Assembly (NCBI GenBank): GCA_024277115.1
Contig: JAJRVW010000119.1
Coordinates: 365-64,364 of the forward strand
DNA from: Calditrichota bacterium
GTDB lineage: Bacteria > Calditrichota > Calditrichia > Calditrichales > J004
Length of the DNA: 64,000 nucleotides
Direction of reading: 5' to 3'
Shown: positions 1 to 11,900 of the stretch, one piece after another
Numbering within the stretch: position 1 is the first letter of the stretch
How the letters are laid out: each line of letters starts with the position of its first letter
Made by a program: the position numbers and the translations under genes
Notes under the pieces: model-generated
What the model saw: the letters and a program-made list of their open reading frames with translations, nothing else
The model's database searches: none
Told to the model about the DNA's origin: nothing

Positions 1-138
1 AACTTACCAAACGGAAATTACACAACCCGTTGGAATGGCCTCACTTCTTCCGGCGCGGAAGCAGCAAGCGGCCTGTACTTTTACCAGATAAAAGCGGGTG
101 ATTTGAGAACTACAGGCAAGATGCTTTTGACCAAGTAG
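1..138 (+). CDS. 3' end of a secreted protein with FlgD/T9SS-type C-terminal domain (partial)
   Basis: Frame 1 reads NLPNGNYTTRWNGLTSSGAEAASGLYFYQIKAGDLRTTGKMLLTK*, the typical W-G...SGxYFY...KMLLxK sorting tail; not in the ORF track. Confidence 0.8.
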   Translation, partial: NLPNGNYTTRWNGLTSSGAEAASGLYFYQIKAGDLRTTGKMLLTK

Positions 139-165
139 CAGTTTTTTTTAGAATTTTTATTTTCC

Positions 166-200
166 ACAGTCCTCGGGTTCTTTCGGGGACTGTTTTTATT
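166..200 (+). terminator. Rho-independent terminator
   Basis: ACAGTCCTCGG/TCGGGGACTGT stem followed by TTTTATTT. Confidence 0.7.
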
Positions 201-418
201 TCCCCATTAATTTTTATTTCTTATAACTGGGTTTGATGTGACTCGAAACATTTTACGCTCTATTCTAATCCGTATATTTATCCGATCCCGTTTAGATAAT
301 TAGTTTTGTCAATATCTCTTATTCGCTTTTTTTAACTTTAGTGCGGGTCTGAATTAATTGACCACACTGAATTAAGTTGGCTCTCTTTTTATTTCAAAAT
401 TAAAACATTGGAGCAGAA

Positions 419-3400
419 ATGCGTATTTTGTTACAATTCTTTTTATCCCTTTTTCTCATAGTTCCCCTGTTTTCACAGTCCATTGAAAAGACATATTATT
501 ATGACGGTGAAGCCATCGAACTCATCCTTAAAGCAGATCAGTTAAACGTAACATTTAAAAATACCGTTACGGATAATGACGCTGAAAAGATATTGTCACA
601 AATTGGCGGGGCGGGATTTAAATCGGTACTTAGCTTCAATAATCAAGGCCAGAAACTGCTGCAATTGGCCACCTATTTTTCGGAAGCAGAACTTTCGAAC
701 CTAATTGAGCGGCTTAACAAGTCATCTGAAATTATTACCGCTGCGCCCGTTTTTATAAAAAACAATGTGCGCTCGCTGGTTACCAATCAATTTATAGTCC
801 GTTTTGAAGATGGCACACGGTTAACAGAAATTGAAGCGCTCAATGCCGAAAACGGTGTTTCAATAATCCGTAAAATTGCAGAGCAAACCTATCTGCTGGC
901 TACAAATAAATCAATACAAATGAATGGCCTGCAAGCCGCCAATATCTATCTTGATTTTGATGAAGTCTATTGGGCGCACCCAAATTTCAGTTATATAAAT
1001 AACGAGATTTTAAATGCCGTGAACGATCCGTATTATCCGCAACAGTGGGCGCATGTAAACACGGGGCAGGATGTGGCCAATAACGCGCCGGCGGGATTTC
1101 CACAATCGGTAAAAGGGTTTGTTGATGCCGACATGGATGTAGACCTGGCCTGGGAAGCCTTGCAGGGCAAAGGGATAAATCCCGGTGAAAATATTTTAGT
1201 CGGTGTGATGGACAGTGGCGTTGAGTTAAACCATCCCGATCTAAAAGCCAATATCGCCGATCCCGGAAAAGATTTTACCGGCAGCCAGCAAAATGACGGC
1301 AATGATGTGGAAGGGCACGGGACAAACGTAGCGGGGATTATTGCCGCCGTTGCCAATAATGGCGAAGGTGTTGCGGGGATCGCTTATGCCAGTAAGTTGC
1401 TTCCCGTAAAAATGAACAATGCCACCGATGCCAATATTGCCGAAGCTTTTGATTATGCCTGGCAATCAGGGGCGGATGTTTTAAGCAATAGTTGGAGTGG
1501 CACAAATCCGGTGCAGGTAGTAACCGATGCCATCAACCGGGCCAAAACGCAAGGTCGAAACGGAAAGGGCTGCGTGATCGTTTTTTCTTCCGGAAATGAA
1601 GGGCATGGTACGGTAAGTTACCCTGCACGACTAACTGATGTTATTGCGGTAGGCGCGGCCAATATGTTTAATGAGAAAACCAATCAGGCCAGCCGTGACG
1701 GGAATTTTGCCATTGGCAGTAATTATGGCGCTGAGCTCGATTTAGTTGCACCGACGCTTGTTTACACGACCAATCTGGAAAAAGGAAGTGGTTACGCCAA
1801 CGGCCCATACAACGATGCTTTTAACGGGACATCCGGCGCATGTCCGCACGTATCGGCCACGGCAGCGCTGATTTTATCCGCCGACCCCTCACTTTCTTCC
1901 GATCAGGTGCAGGATATTTTACAGCGCTCAACGGATCCAATCGAGCGTTATATGTACGATACAAAAGGCTGGAACAAACAGGTTGGCTACGGCCGCGTTA
2001 ATGCCTATAATGCGGTACGGCTTGCTCTGGGCAATGATGGTGATCTGCCCAATTTTTCTTTTAGCCGGATTGTTTCGGGGGTCGACACCCAGGCGCGTAA
2101 AATTACTATTGACATCACCGATGACTCGGGTATTGGCAAGGCCACTCTTTTTTACAGGACAAATTATCTAGGCACAGTTTCGGCCTGGAAGGAAATAGGT
2201 GCCGATGGTCAGAGTGGTAATACGTTCACCTTTTTAATTCCCGGACAGCAATGGGAAACACAAGTGGAGTATTATTTTTACGCCGAAGATGGCGCCGGCA
2301 ATTTTACAACCTTTCCTACTTTGGGCGATTTAAAAAATGCCCCGCAGTTGGTTCTTTTTTATCATGTGGCCGAGCTTGAGGTTAAAAATTATGCCAGTAA
2401 AGATGTGCCTAAAAACTGGGATACGGCGTATGAAATGATCTTTACCTCCACGCTTGATATTGCCGATGATTTTCTTATAGTTGATGCCGATGCGACGGTT
2501 TCCGTAAATGGCCAAATTCAGGATTTTGCCATTATTGTGGAAGCGCCATCCGGGGTTTCTACAACAATTCTCTCACAAAATGAAGGGGCAGAATATAGCA
2601 GTACAAATACCGATGATGAAGCTGCCACAGCAATCACCGATGGACAATCGCCGTACCGTGGTTCATTTCAACCGGATAATGGTTTGTTTGTCTTCAATGG
2701 CGAGCAATCTAAAGGGCAGTGGCTTTTGCGTGGCTGGGATGCATTTTGGTTTAATAATGGCGGATCGCTCACCAGCTGGAACCTGGACCTGACCCGCATG
2801 TTGCCCAATGCCGTACCGGTTGTAAAGGGCATCCCCAGCCAAACCATCGATGAAGGGGGCAGCTTTACATTAATCCAGCTAAATAATTATGTAACAGACG
2901 GCAACCACACAGATGCGGAGATGACCTGGACAAGCTCCGGAAACAGCGCCCTGATCGTTACCATCGACAACAATAAAAACACCGCCACTGTGCAAACGCC
3001 CAATAGTGATTGGTCGGGTACTGAAACGATTCGCTTTACGGCAACCGATCCCGGCGCGGCAAGCGGCAGCGAGGATGTGGTTTTTACGGTAAATAATATT
3101 AATGATGCGCCTGTTGTGGCAGATATTCCCGATCAGACTATTTCCGAGGGCGCCTCGTTTGCCACCATTACTTTAGATAATTATGTGAGCGATGTGGACA
3201 ATGCCGATTCGGAAATAAGCTGGACTTCCAGCGGGGCAAAAGAACTTACTGTTTCCATTGATCAAAACCGGGTTGCCACAATCAACGCGCCCAATGCCGA
3301 TTGGTATGGCGCAGAAACCATCACATTTACGGCGACTGATCCCGGCCAGCTTTCGGATAATGACGCGGCAGCTTTTACGGTTACGGCTGTAAACGACGCG

Positions 3401-6310
3401 CCGGTTGTGACAGATATTCCCGACCAGACCGTGGACGAGGGCAACACTTTTACCACTTTTGATCTCGATAATTATGTCTCCGATGTGGATAATTCTGACG
3501 GGGAGATGAGCTGGTCTTACTCGGGAAATAGCGAATTGACTGTGAGCATCGATAATTTTAATGTGGTGACTGTAACAATCCCAAACAGCTAATGGGCGGG
3601 GAGCGAAACCATTACATTTAAAGCCACCGATCCGGGACAGTTGTTTGATTCTGATCCGGCGGTTTTTACGGTAACCGCCATAAATGATGCGCCCGTAGTG
3701 AGCGACATTCCCAATCAAACCATCGATGAAGGCGCTACTTTTACTACAATAACTTTGGATAATTATGTGGGCGATCCTGATAATGCCGACTCGGAAATAA
3801 GCTGGACTTACTCGGGGAACAGCGCATTAAGTGTCTCTATCGATGCCAATCGCATCGCCACCATTACAATCCCTGATATAAACTGGAATGGTGCCGAAAC
3901 CATTACTTTTACGGCAACCGATCCCGGCAATCTTGCAGATAGCGACGCGGCGGTTTTTACGGTTAATTCGATTAATGATGCGCCTGTTGTAAGCGATATT
4001 CCCAACCAGGTTATTGACGAAGGCAGCAGTTTTGCAACCATCCCTTTGGATAATTATGTAACGGACGTGGATGATGACGATTCTGCAATTTCGTGGAGTT
4101 ACAGCGGGGCATCCGAGCTGACCGTGACGATAAGCAGCAACCGGGTAGCAACCATCTCAATTCCCAACGTAAACTGGTCAGGCAGCGAGACCATCACTTT
4201 TACGGCAATCGATCCGGGCAACCTGAACGATAGCGATCCGGCCAGTTTTACCGTAGCCGCCATAAATTACGCACCGGTTGTTGAAGGTATCCCCAACCAA
4301 AATATTTCTGAAGGTGGGAGTTTTAACACAATTGCCCTGGATAATTATGTGAGCGATGTGGACAATGCCGATAGCGAAATGAGTTGGAGTTATTCGGGAA
4401 ATACGGACTTGATTGTTTCCATCGATGCCAACCGAATTGCCACAATTTCTACACCGAACAGCCAATGGAATGGCAGCGAGACGATCACGTTTACCGCCGA
4501 AGATCCGGGCAAAGCAAGTGATTTTGACGCGGCTGTATTTTCTGTGGGGGCTCAAAATGATCCACCGGTTGTGAGCGGCATCCCTGACCAAACCATTACC
4601 GAGGGCAGCGGTTTTGCCACAATTTTATTGGATAATTATGTTGCCGATCCGGACAATAATGATTCGGAAATGAGCTGGACTTATTCCGGAAACAGTAATT
4701 TACAGGTCAGCATTAACGCTTCGCGCATTGCCACCATCACAGCGCCCAATACCGATTGGAACGGCAGCGAAACGATCACCTTTACGGCAACTGATCCCAC
4801 CAATCTTTCCGATAGCGATAATGCGCAGTTTACGGTTACGGCCATTAATGATGCGCCAATTGTGTCGGATATTCCAAACCAAACCATAAATGAGGGGGCA
4901 AGCTTTAGCGCTATTTCACTCGATGATTATGTGGCCGATGTAGATAACGGCGATGCGGAGATGAGCTGGTCTTACTCCGGCAACAGCGCGCTTACGGTTT
5001 CCATTGATCAAAACAGGGTGGCGACAATTGCGGCTCCCGATGCGAATTGGAATGGCAGCGAGACAATCACCTTTACAGCCAAAGACCCCGGTAATTTAAG
5101 CGATAACAGCACGGCGGTTTTTACGGTGAGCTCCGTAAATAATGCGCCGGTCGTCAGCTCTATCCCGGATCAGACCATAGATGAAGGGCAAAGTTTTGCA
5201 TCTATTCCGCTCGATAATTATGTGACAGACAGCGATAATAGTGACGATCAGATAAGCTGGTCTGCTACGGGCAATACAAGCTTGCAGGTTTCAATCGATG
5301 CCAATCGCATAGCGACTGTTTCGATCCCCAATGAAAACTGGAACGGGAGTGAGACGATCACCTTCACCGCTAAAGACCCCGGCAACCTTAGTGATTCCGA
5401 TGAGGCCAAGTTTACCATAAATGCCCAAAATGACGCGCCGGTAATTAACGCGGAGCTGCCTTTGCTCTCTTCAAAAGAGGATGTTCCTTTTGAACAATTG
5501 TTTTCAGCCTGGTACCCATTTGTGGACGATCCTGATAATGCCGATGAAGAACTGGCCTATCTTGTAAGCGGGGATGGCGGGCCGGTAACGCTGCAATCGA
5601 ATAAAAACAGTTACACGTTTAGCGCGCCGCAAAATTGGTTTGGCCAGGATACTTTTCTCTTAAAAATCAGCGATGGTTTTTTAGCGGACTCGGCTTTTTT
5701 TGTTGTAAGCTTTACTTCGGTTAATGACGCGCCAGAAATTATCAATTTTCCGGACAGCCTGGTTTTTGATAACAGCGAGACCTATGTTTTTGATTTAAGC
5801 GGACGTGAAAAGGATGTTGACTCGCCGGTAAAAAATTTGAAATGGCAATTTACGGCGACCGATTCAAATATTGTGCTGGATTATAGCCGGGATGAAAAAG
5901 TGCTTATTTTAACTGCAGAAGGATTTGTGGGCGGGGCGCAGCTTTTTGCTGTTTTACTGGATGACAGCAATGCCGTGGCCATGGACACTTTACAAGTAAA
6001 AGTTGAGGATAAGGTTACCGCGCTTAGCGGTCTTGAAACCATGCCGATGGCTTTCAGTTTATCACAAAATTACCCGAACCCATTTAATCCGTCGACAACC
6101 ATCCGTTATTCTTTGCCCACAAAAGCGCGGGTTCAGCTTCTGGTTTTTGATGTACGCGGCCGTAAAATTGCTGCTTTGGCAGATGGCTTTCAACAGGCGG
6201 GCAATTATTCGGTTCTTTTTGATAACAGCGAACTGGCAAGCGGGCTTTATATTTATATTTTAAGGGCAGGTCAATTTGTTCAACGCCGCAAAATGCTTTT
6301 GATTAAGTAG
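419..6310 (+). pseudogene. Large secreted S8 peptidase (signal peptide, S8 catalytic domain, P-domain, ~11 cadherin-like repeats, C-terminal sorting domain), about 1963 codons, interrupted by one in-frame TAA at 3590-3592
   Basis: DSG / HGT / GTSGACP catalytic motifs; ORFs 419..3592 and 3641..6310 share a frame; PNS*WAGSETITF matches sister repeat PNSQWNGSETITF; tail LSQNYPNPFNPSTTIRY...RKMLLIK. Confidence 0.85.
2807..5720 (+). repeat. Intragenic tandem repeats, 291-nt (97-aa) period, cadherin-like/Ig-like
   Basis: NDAPVV-type starts at about 3101, 3392, 3683, 3974, 4265, 4556, 4847, 5138 and 5429; conserved LDNYVxDxD and ETITFTAxDP motifs. Confidence 0.9.
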
Positions 6311-6459
6311 GCTGGTTGGGAACGGTGAGGAATATGATTTGGTTGCGGTTTTGGAACATGTATCTTTCAGTTTACATAGATGTTTATTTTGTGTAGTAAT
6401 TTTTATATTTAGAATTAATTTCGGCATGCCGTGTGTTTTTGTTGTGGTGTTGTTATTCT

Positions 6460-7220
6460 TCATTCATTTTCTTCGTAATAATATGAGTAATCAATACCTT
6501 TCATAAACATTTCACGGTCATTTATTTTTGTGGTAAGTACATTTTTTAAAAGCGTTTTTAAAACACTACTATTTGTCGGACTCAGCATTATAGCATTCAT
6601 ATAATCACGCTTGCTTATTTTACTCCAATCCACGCATTTCATAAGACGTTTCTTAAGAATCAAATCCAACCAAATCCGAGTACTTCTACCGTTTCCTTCC
6701 ATAAAAGAGTGGGCGATGTTCATTTCTACATATTTATCTATGATTTCATCAAATGTGTTTTCCGGCATTGCTTCTATTTGCTGTAAGCCATTGATTGTTC
6801 CAACTTCTATGCTGTTGATAAAAGAACTTTCAAAAAGGGCATACGCTTTTGTTTTACTTTTTCCGTCAATACTTTCGTCGCTGTAAGTAAACCATTCTAT
6901 AAAACGATTTGCCTTTTTACCCGGAAATTCTTTGCCTAAGGCAATAATTCCGTTGTAGTCAAGCATATCAGATAAGCGTTTTTTACCATCTGGGGCAAGT
7001 AGTTTCAACTGGGTAGTAGCGCTAACCACTTCACTGTTTTCTTTTTTAACTTCGCTTTAAGATATTTCCAATAGTTGCGTGTTTTGGTGTAGTCGTCTTG
7101 GTCGGTGAGCACAGCAACAATATCCAACACGCTAAACCACCATTTGGAATTTTGCTCGTCCCAAACGTCCCGGACTTCACGGTCATTAAAAAAACGTATG
7201 GATAGTTTCGCCTTATTCAT
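6460..7220 (-). pseudogene. fic: Fic-family adenylyltransferase with BRO-N-like N-terminus, frameshifted and probably internally deleted
   Basis: [12 protein letters not shown] Fic motif; adding one A to the A6 run (7042-7047) joins ...LKAKLKK to [13 protein letters not shown]. Confidence 0.8.
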
Positions 7221-7314
7221 AATTTTCTATTTGCTCAGTTATTCTCTAATTTATATCTGTAAAGGTAAAAACACCTGTTTTTTGTTGTATCTTGGCGTTT
7301 ATAGTTTTAATGCG

Positions 7315-7408
7315 CACTAACGGTTTGGCTATGCCCAGTAAGGGGTTTTGTAGCACTTCCGTTTCAATTTATAACTAAAATCCTTATTAGGTATAGCCTT
7401 TGTTGTGC
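7315..7408 (-). repeat. attC-like palindromic recombination site
   Basis: Minus strand GCACAAC...GTTAGTG ends with internal arms GGCTATACCTAATAAGGATTTT / AAAACCCCTTACTGGGCATAGCC; begins about 10 nt after the upstream gene's stop. Confidence 0.6.
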
Positions 7409-7417
7409 TTTCGTGCG

Positions 7418-10400
7418 TTATTTTCTAAAATGTTTTTTTATAAATTCTTCAAGAGAAATGCTTTCTTCTCTCCAAACTTTTGAATTTACTCTAAAACGAA
7501 TATTTCTATCTTCTATATCAACTGATATTCCATCTTGTTCAAGCATTATTGAACTCTTTTTTTCTTCCATTTCTTCAAATTCTTTTAGTATAGTTGATAA
7601 ATTTTGGCCAATATGATCAACTATTTTAGCATTCTTTTTTACATAATCTTTATCTGGTTCTGTTCCATCAAGTTCAACAACAACAAGAGCATAATTTGAT
7701 TTTTTTTCGACTGCTGTTTCAGCTTGTAGTTGTGTCATAGCAGCATAATCTTTTCCCGTTGCTTTTAATTCAACCAACCAATTACCAATTTGAAATATTT
7801 CTTCTGTTTTATTTTTATCTACTAAATCCGAAGAATCTTCTGTTAATATATAATCACTTCCGAAAGGTTTTCTTTCAATGTTGATATTTACACCTTCTGA
7901 TTTTAACTCTTCAATGATTTCACGGAATAAATTTTCAATTAATGCTCCTATTTGTTGATTTCTATTTATCAACTTCCTTTCATTTAATCTTTTTTCATAT
8001 TCTTTTTGGATATTTGGGTCTTTAAAAATTTCTTCTACTAATTCAGGGTCAACATTGCTTGTTATCATATTTGTTAATGCTTTATCCCATTTAATCCTTT
8101 CTTCATCAGATGATAATGTGTTGCGAATTAAATCAGAAACGCCAACACCTATTTGTGTTAAAAAATTAATTTGAGCTTCACCCTTAATTGTTGAAATAAT
8201 TTCTTCTTTATCTTTTAATAACTCTGACAAGTTTTTGGAGGAAGGTCTTTCTGAAATAAATTTCTTTTCATTTGATTCATCAATATTTATTGTATTAACC
8301 CAAAGAACATTTTTTGCCCTTTTTAACCATAAACTTTCATCAAATAGTATCTTTTTCCCATTTATTTCCTTTTCTTCAACTGATTGAAAGAAATTATCTT
8401 TAATGGTTGCTTCATTTAGTAAAAAATTTAGAATTTTGAGACTAAATGCTGATGTTGTATTTCTTGAATAAATATGACCGTCAGTTGCAGTAAGATATGC
8501 AAAATCGCTGTATTCAAACTCTATTTCTTCAATTAAACTACCATCATCATTTTTTATAAAGTTTGAGTCTTCTGAATTATGAATAAGTAAATCAATATCT
8601 TTTATGTTTATTTTCTCTTTTCTAATTACAAGCGGCATATAATGGATAAAGCCCATTTCGGATAACTTTTTAAACATGTCATCATTTAAAACTTCATTAT
8701 AAACAGTGTGTAAACAGTCTCGCTCCCTAATCAAATTTGCATAAAGCGGAAATTGTATTTTAAAAAAATTAATTGGTGAAAGTAACAAATGACGCCCATC
8801 AGGGAAAGTCCTCTTTATTACTTCATCATTTGAACCTTTTGATATAATCTTCAAATCTTTAATAATTTCAGGCAAGTTTTCTTGAATTAACCATAATAAA
8901 AATTCCGCATTAGCCTTTATTATATCTTTATTACTTAAAAATTCTAATTCTTTGAAATCGTTTAATTTATCTTTTATCTTTGATATAGCTTTATCCCTTG
9001 TATATTCATCGATACCATTTATTTTTATTTTCGAAATATTTGAGTTTATTAAAATTTCTCTTAAATCATCATTTATATTTTTTGATATATCTTTTAGTTT
9101 TTCCGGTACGTCATTATCCCAATAAATATTAAGTTTATCTTTGAAAATACTATTTTGGTTTAAAATAATTCTTTTATTAGAAGGAAATTCTTCTAAATCA
9201 ATAAGAATAAGTTTGTATAAATCGTCTAACCATAAATGTACATTCTCAATTTTTTTGTTTATATCATCAAATCTTTCGTGTTCTTCAACAAAACTTATTA
9301 AGCCTTTTGTGCCTATAATGTTTTCAAATCCAAAAATATCTTTGTCATAAATTTTAGATATATTTTTAAAAATGTGTTGCCAATATGTGAGGTTGCTTTT
9401 TTTAATTAAATTAAAAAAAATTATTTTTTCTAATAAATCATATAGTTTTTCAGAATGTTCATAATCATATAAGTATGGTATTATTAAATTTTTGAAAGCA
9501 ACTTTATTGTTTTACTATCTATAATTGACTGTTCTTTTAAGTTATCGAATAATTCTCGTTTTAAATTATTAAACCATTCATTATCAATCCATGAGTATTG
9601 TTTTGATACAGTAAAATTAAATAACTCAAATGAATTGTTAATTTGTTTAGTTATAATAAAATCTGGAAATATTTCAACTGCTTTACTTAAAGCGTTTGAT
9701 ATTATTTCTTTATTTCTTTCAACTCCATTTATTTCATTATTATCAGTAACTAAATATATACCATCTCTTTCAATTCTTGGGTCAAAGAAAGTCGAATTTA
9801 TTATAAAAGGAATACCAAATTCTTCTGTACCAATTAAAGGAAATGTAAAGAATAATTTAGGGTAGTTTTTAAGATTTATTAAACTTTCAGTATTTCCATT
9901 TATTTCTGATAGAATGCAAATCTCATATTCTTCTTCTTTTATCAAATAAGCCTTTATTTTTTGTTCACTTGCATCATCTTTTTTAGTTAACTCCCATTCT
10001 TCAACAAAACTATCTTTTTCTGTATGTTTTTGTATTAAATGCTTCTCAAAAAGAACATTCTTGTCAGAAAGCATGGAAATGTTATTTATTTGGTCATTAA
10101 ATATCTGTACTATTGGTATTAAGTTGTTTAAGCTTTTTAGTCCCTTATTTGCAGTGTTTTCACCATGCTCATTTAACACATATTTAAATTGGGTTTGAAA
10201 ATTATTATTTCCTAGATAACTCGTTTCTTTAATCGAATTAATAAAGTTTTCCTTTGATTCTTTTTGAAATTGAAAAAATTCTTTAATATCCTTTCCGTCT
10301 CTGTTAAGTAGAAATTGGAAAAAGCCATCATTTTCAGTTAAACGACCAGAAATTTCAACTTTTTTTGAAAGCAAATAAGTCGTCATAAAGCCAGTTCCAA

Positions 10401-10710
10401 ATCTTCCGGTTTTATCTTCTTTTTCTGTTTTTGTTGAACCTTGAAAAATAAGACTTAAAATTTCATCTAATTCAAAAGGCAGTCCAGTGTGTGAAAATAT
10501 TATTTCTTTTTCCTTTTTTGTTAACTTTACATCAATCTTTTCTCCGCTATTAATAGAATCTTTGGCATTTTGTAATAATTCCCAAAACCATCTTTCTTCG
10601 TAAATAGTTCTTTCTTTTTCTCTTGCTTGGATATCTCGGTACACACCACCAGCATGTCATTCTTCTGCTATTTCTCCACTTCTTTTTTCTATTTTACTTT
10701 TATTAATCAT
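7418..10710 (-). pseudogene. Sacsin-like GHKL ATPase with C-terminal PD-(D/E)xK-like (DUF3883/NOV-type) domain, about 1097 aa when reconstructed; in-frame TGA at 10657-10659 and -1 frameshift near 9510
   Basis: RWFWELLQNAKD and GRFGTGF GHKL motifs; C-terminal GSDY...VELKAT; the 7418..8875 frame stays open up to about 9510; ATG at 10710 reads MINKSKIEKRSGEIAEE*HAGGVYRDIQ. Confidence 0.8.
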
Positions 10711-10752
10711 TTTAATCTCTATGTTTCATATTTTTTTCGTTTTTCTTGCATG

Positions 10753-10790
10753 AAGCACAACATCGTACTATACCCATTGCGTATAGCACG
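10753..10790 (-). other. Putative cassette entry site (GTTGTGC core preceded by a 10-bp hairpin)
   Basis: 10753-10762 is the exact inverted complement of 7401-7410 (TGTTGTGCTT); hairpin CGTACTATAC/GTATAGCACG at 10764-10790. Confidence 0.45.
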
Positions 10791-10896
10791 AACATGTATT
10801 TCGTTTTGGTCTCGTTTACCATTCAATATAGCCTGCCAATAATGAAAAAACAAACTAAGCTTAGTGCGTTTATCAAAAGGCCTGCCATCGCTCTTT

Positions 10897-11802
10897 CTAT
10901 TTTCCGGATACTTTGGGTTTAACATCGCGCACAAACCAGATCCCTGTAAAAATAATTATCATGCCTGCAATTAATTTCCAGGAAATGGGCTCATCCAAAG
11001 CCAGCCAACCCCAGATAAGCGCCAACGGCGGCGTAATAAAAGTAATGGACGACATCATCACCGCCGAAGTATTTTTAAGCATCCAAAAATAAACAACAAA
11101 AGCAACGGCCGTACCCATAATGGCCAGATAACTTAATGAAAAAAGGGCCATGCCTGTAAATTGAACTAAGCTATGATTTTCAAAAAAAAGGGAAATCAAC
11201 AAAAAACTAAGGCTGGCATAAAGCAATGGCAATGTATTTAAAATGATAGGGTGAAAATCTTTTACAGCCCGCTTTCCAAGAATAGTCCCATAGGCCGAAA
11301 ACAGAGGGCTAAGTAATATCCCACCCATAGCAAAAGCCTGCAAATAACTGCCGATACCAATTTCCAATTGGCCGCCAAAAATCAACAAGGTCCCTGCCAG
11401 GCCGATAAAAATCCCAATGGTTTTATTGCGCGTCATGTCCTCTTCGGGTATCATTTTAGGCGCTAAAAGGGCCGTATAAAAAGGCATCACCGAGAAAAGA
11501 ACGCTTGTAATCCCGGAGTCAACATATTGTTCGCCCCAATAAACCAATCCGTAAGAAATTGTAAAAATGGCTTGGCCAAATAACAGAAAAAATAAGTGGG
11601 ATTTTAAGTCCTTCGGAAATTTTAGTTTTAAAAGGAAGGCGTAGATCGCCAGGGCCAAAAAAGCGATAAAAAAACGAATGCCCGCGCTTAAAAAAGGCGG
11701 CATGGTTTCCAGGCCCAGTTTTATAAAAAGCCAGGTTGAGCTCCAAATTAAGCAAAGCAGTAAAAATCCTAAAACCGATAAATTGGATTTAAAAAAATTC
11801 AT
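10897..11802 (-). CDS. EamA/DMT family transporter
   Basis: About 10 TM segments; IWSSTW...PPF..AGIRF and YLAIMGTAVAF motifs. Confidence 0.9.
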   Translation of the reverse strand: MNFFKSNLSVLGFLLLCLIWSSTWLFIKLGLETMPPFLSAGIRFFIAFLALAIYAFLLKLKFPKDLKSHLFFLLFGQAIFTISYGLVYWGEQYVDSGITSVLFSVMPFYTALLAPKMIPEEDMTRNKTIGIFIGLAGTLLIFGGQLEIGIGSYLQAFAMGGILLSPLFSAYGTILGKRAVKDFHPIILNTLPLLYASLSFLLISLFFENHSLVQFTGMALFSLSYLAIMGTAVAFVVYFWMLKNTSAVMMSSITFITPPLALIWGWLALDEPISWKLIAGMIIIFTGIWFVRDVKPKVSGK

Positions 11803-11900
11803 GATAACATTAAAAATAGGGTGAAGGGTAATGTGAAGGGTGGAAGATAAATATTGTTTGGCAGAACATCAAAAAATGTAGGGAAAGTTTCTTGTTTATT

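Noticed and set aside
2807-5720. Repeats as a CRISPR array or DGR template/variable pair
   Set aside because: They are 291-nt in-frame coding repeats with synonymous divergence, with no spacers, no adenine-specific pattern and no cas or reverse transcriptase gene.
10657-10659. In-frame TGA as selenocysteine
   Set aside because: Not a Cys-type catalytic context, no evident SECIS hairpin, and the gene has a second lesion.
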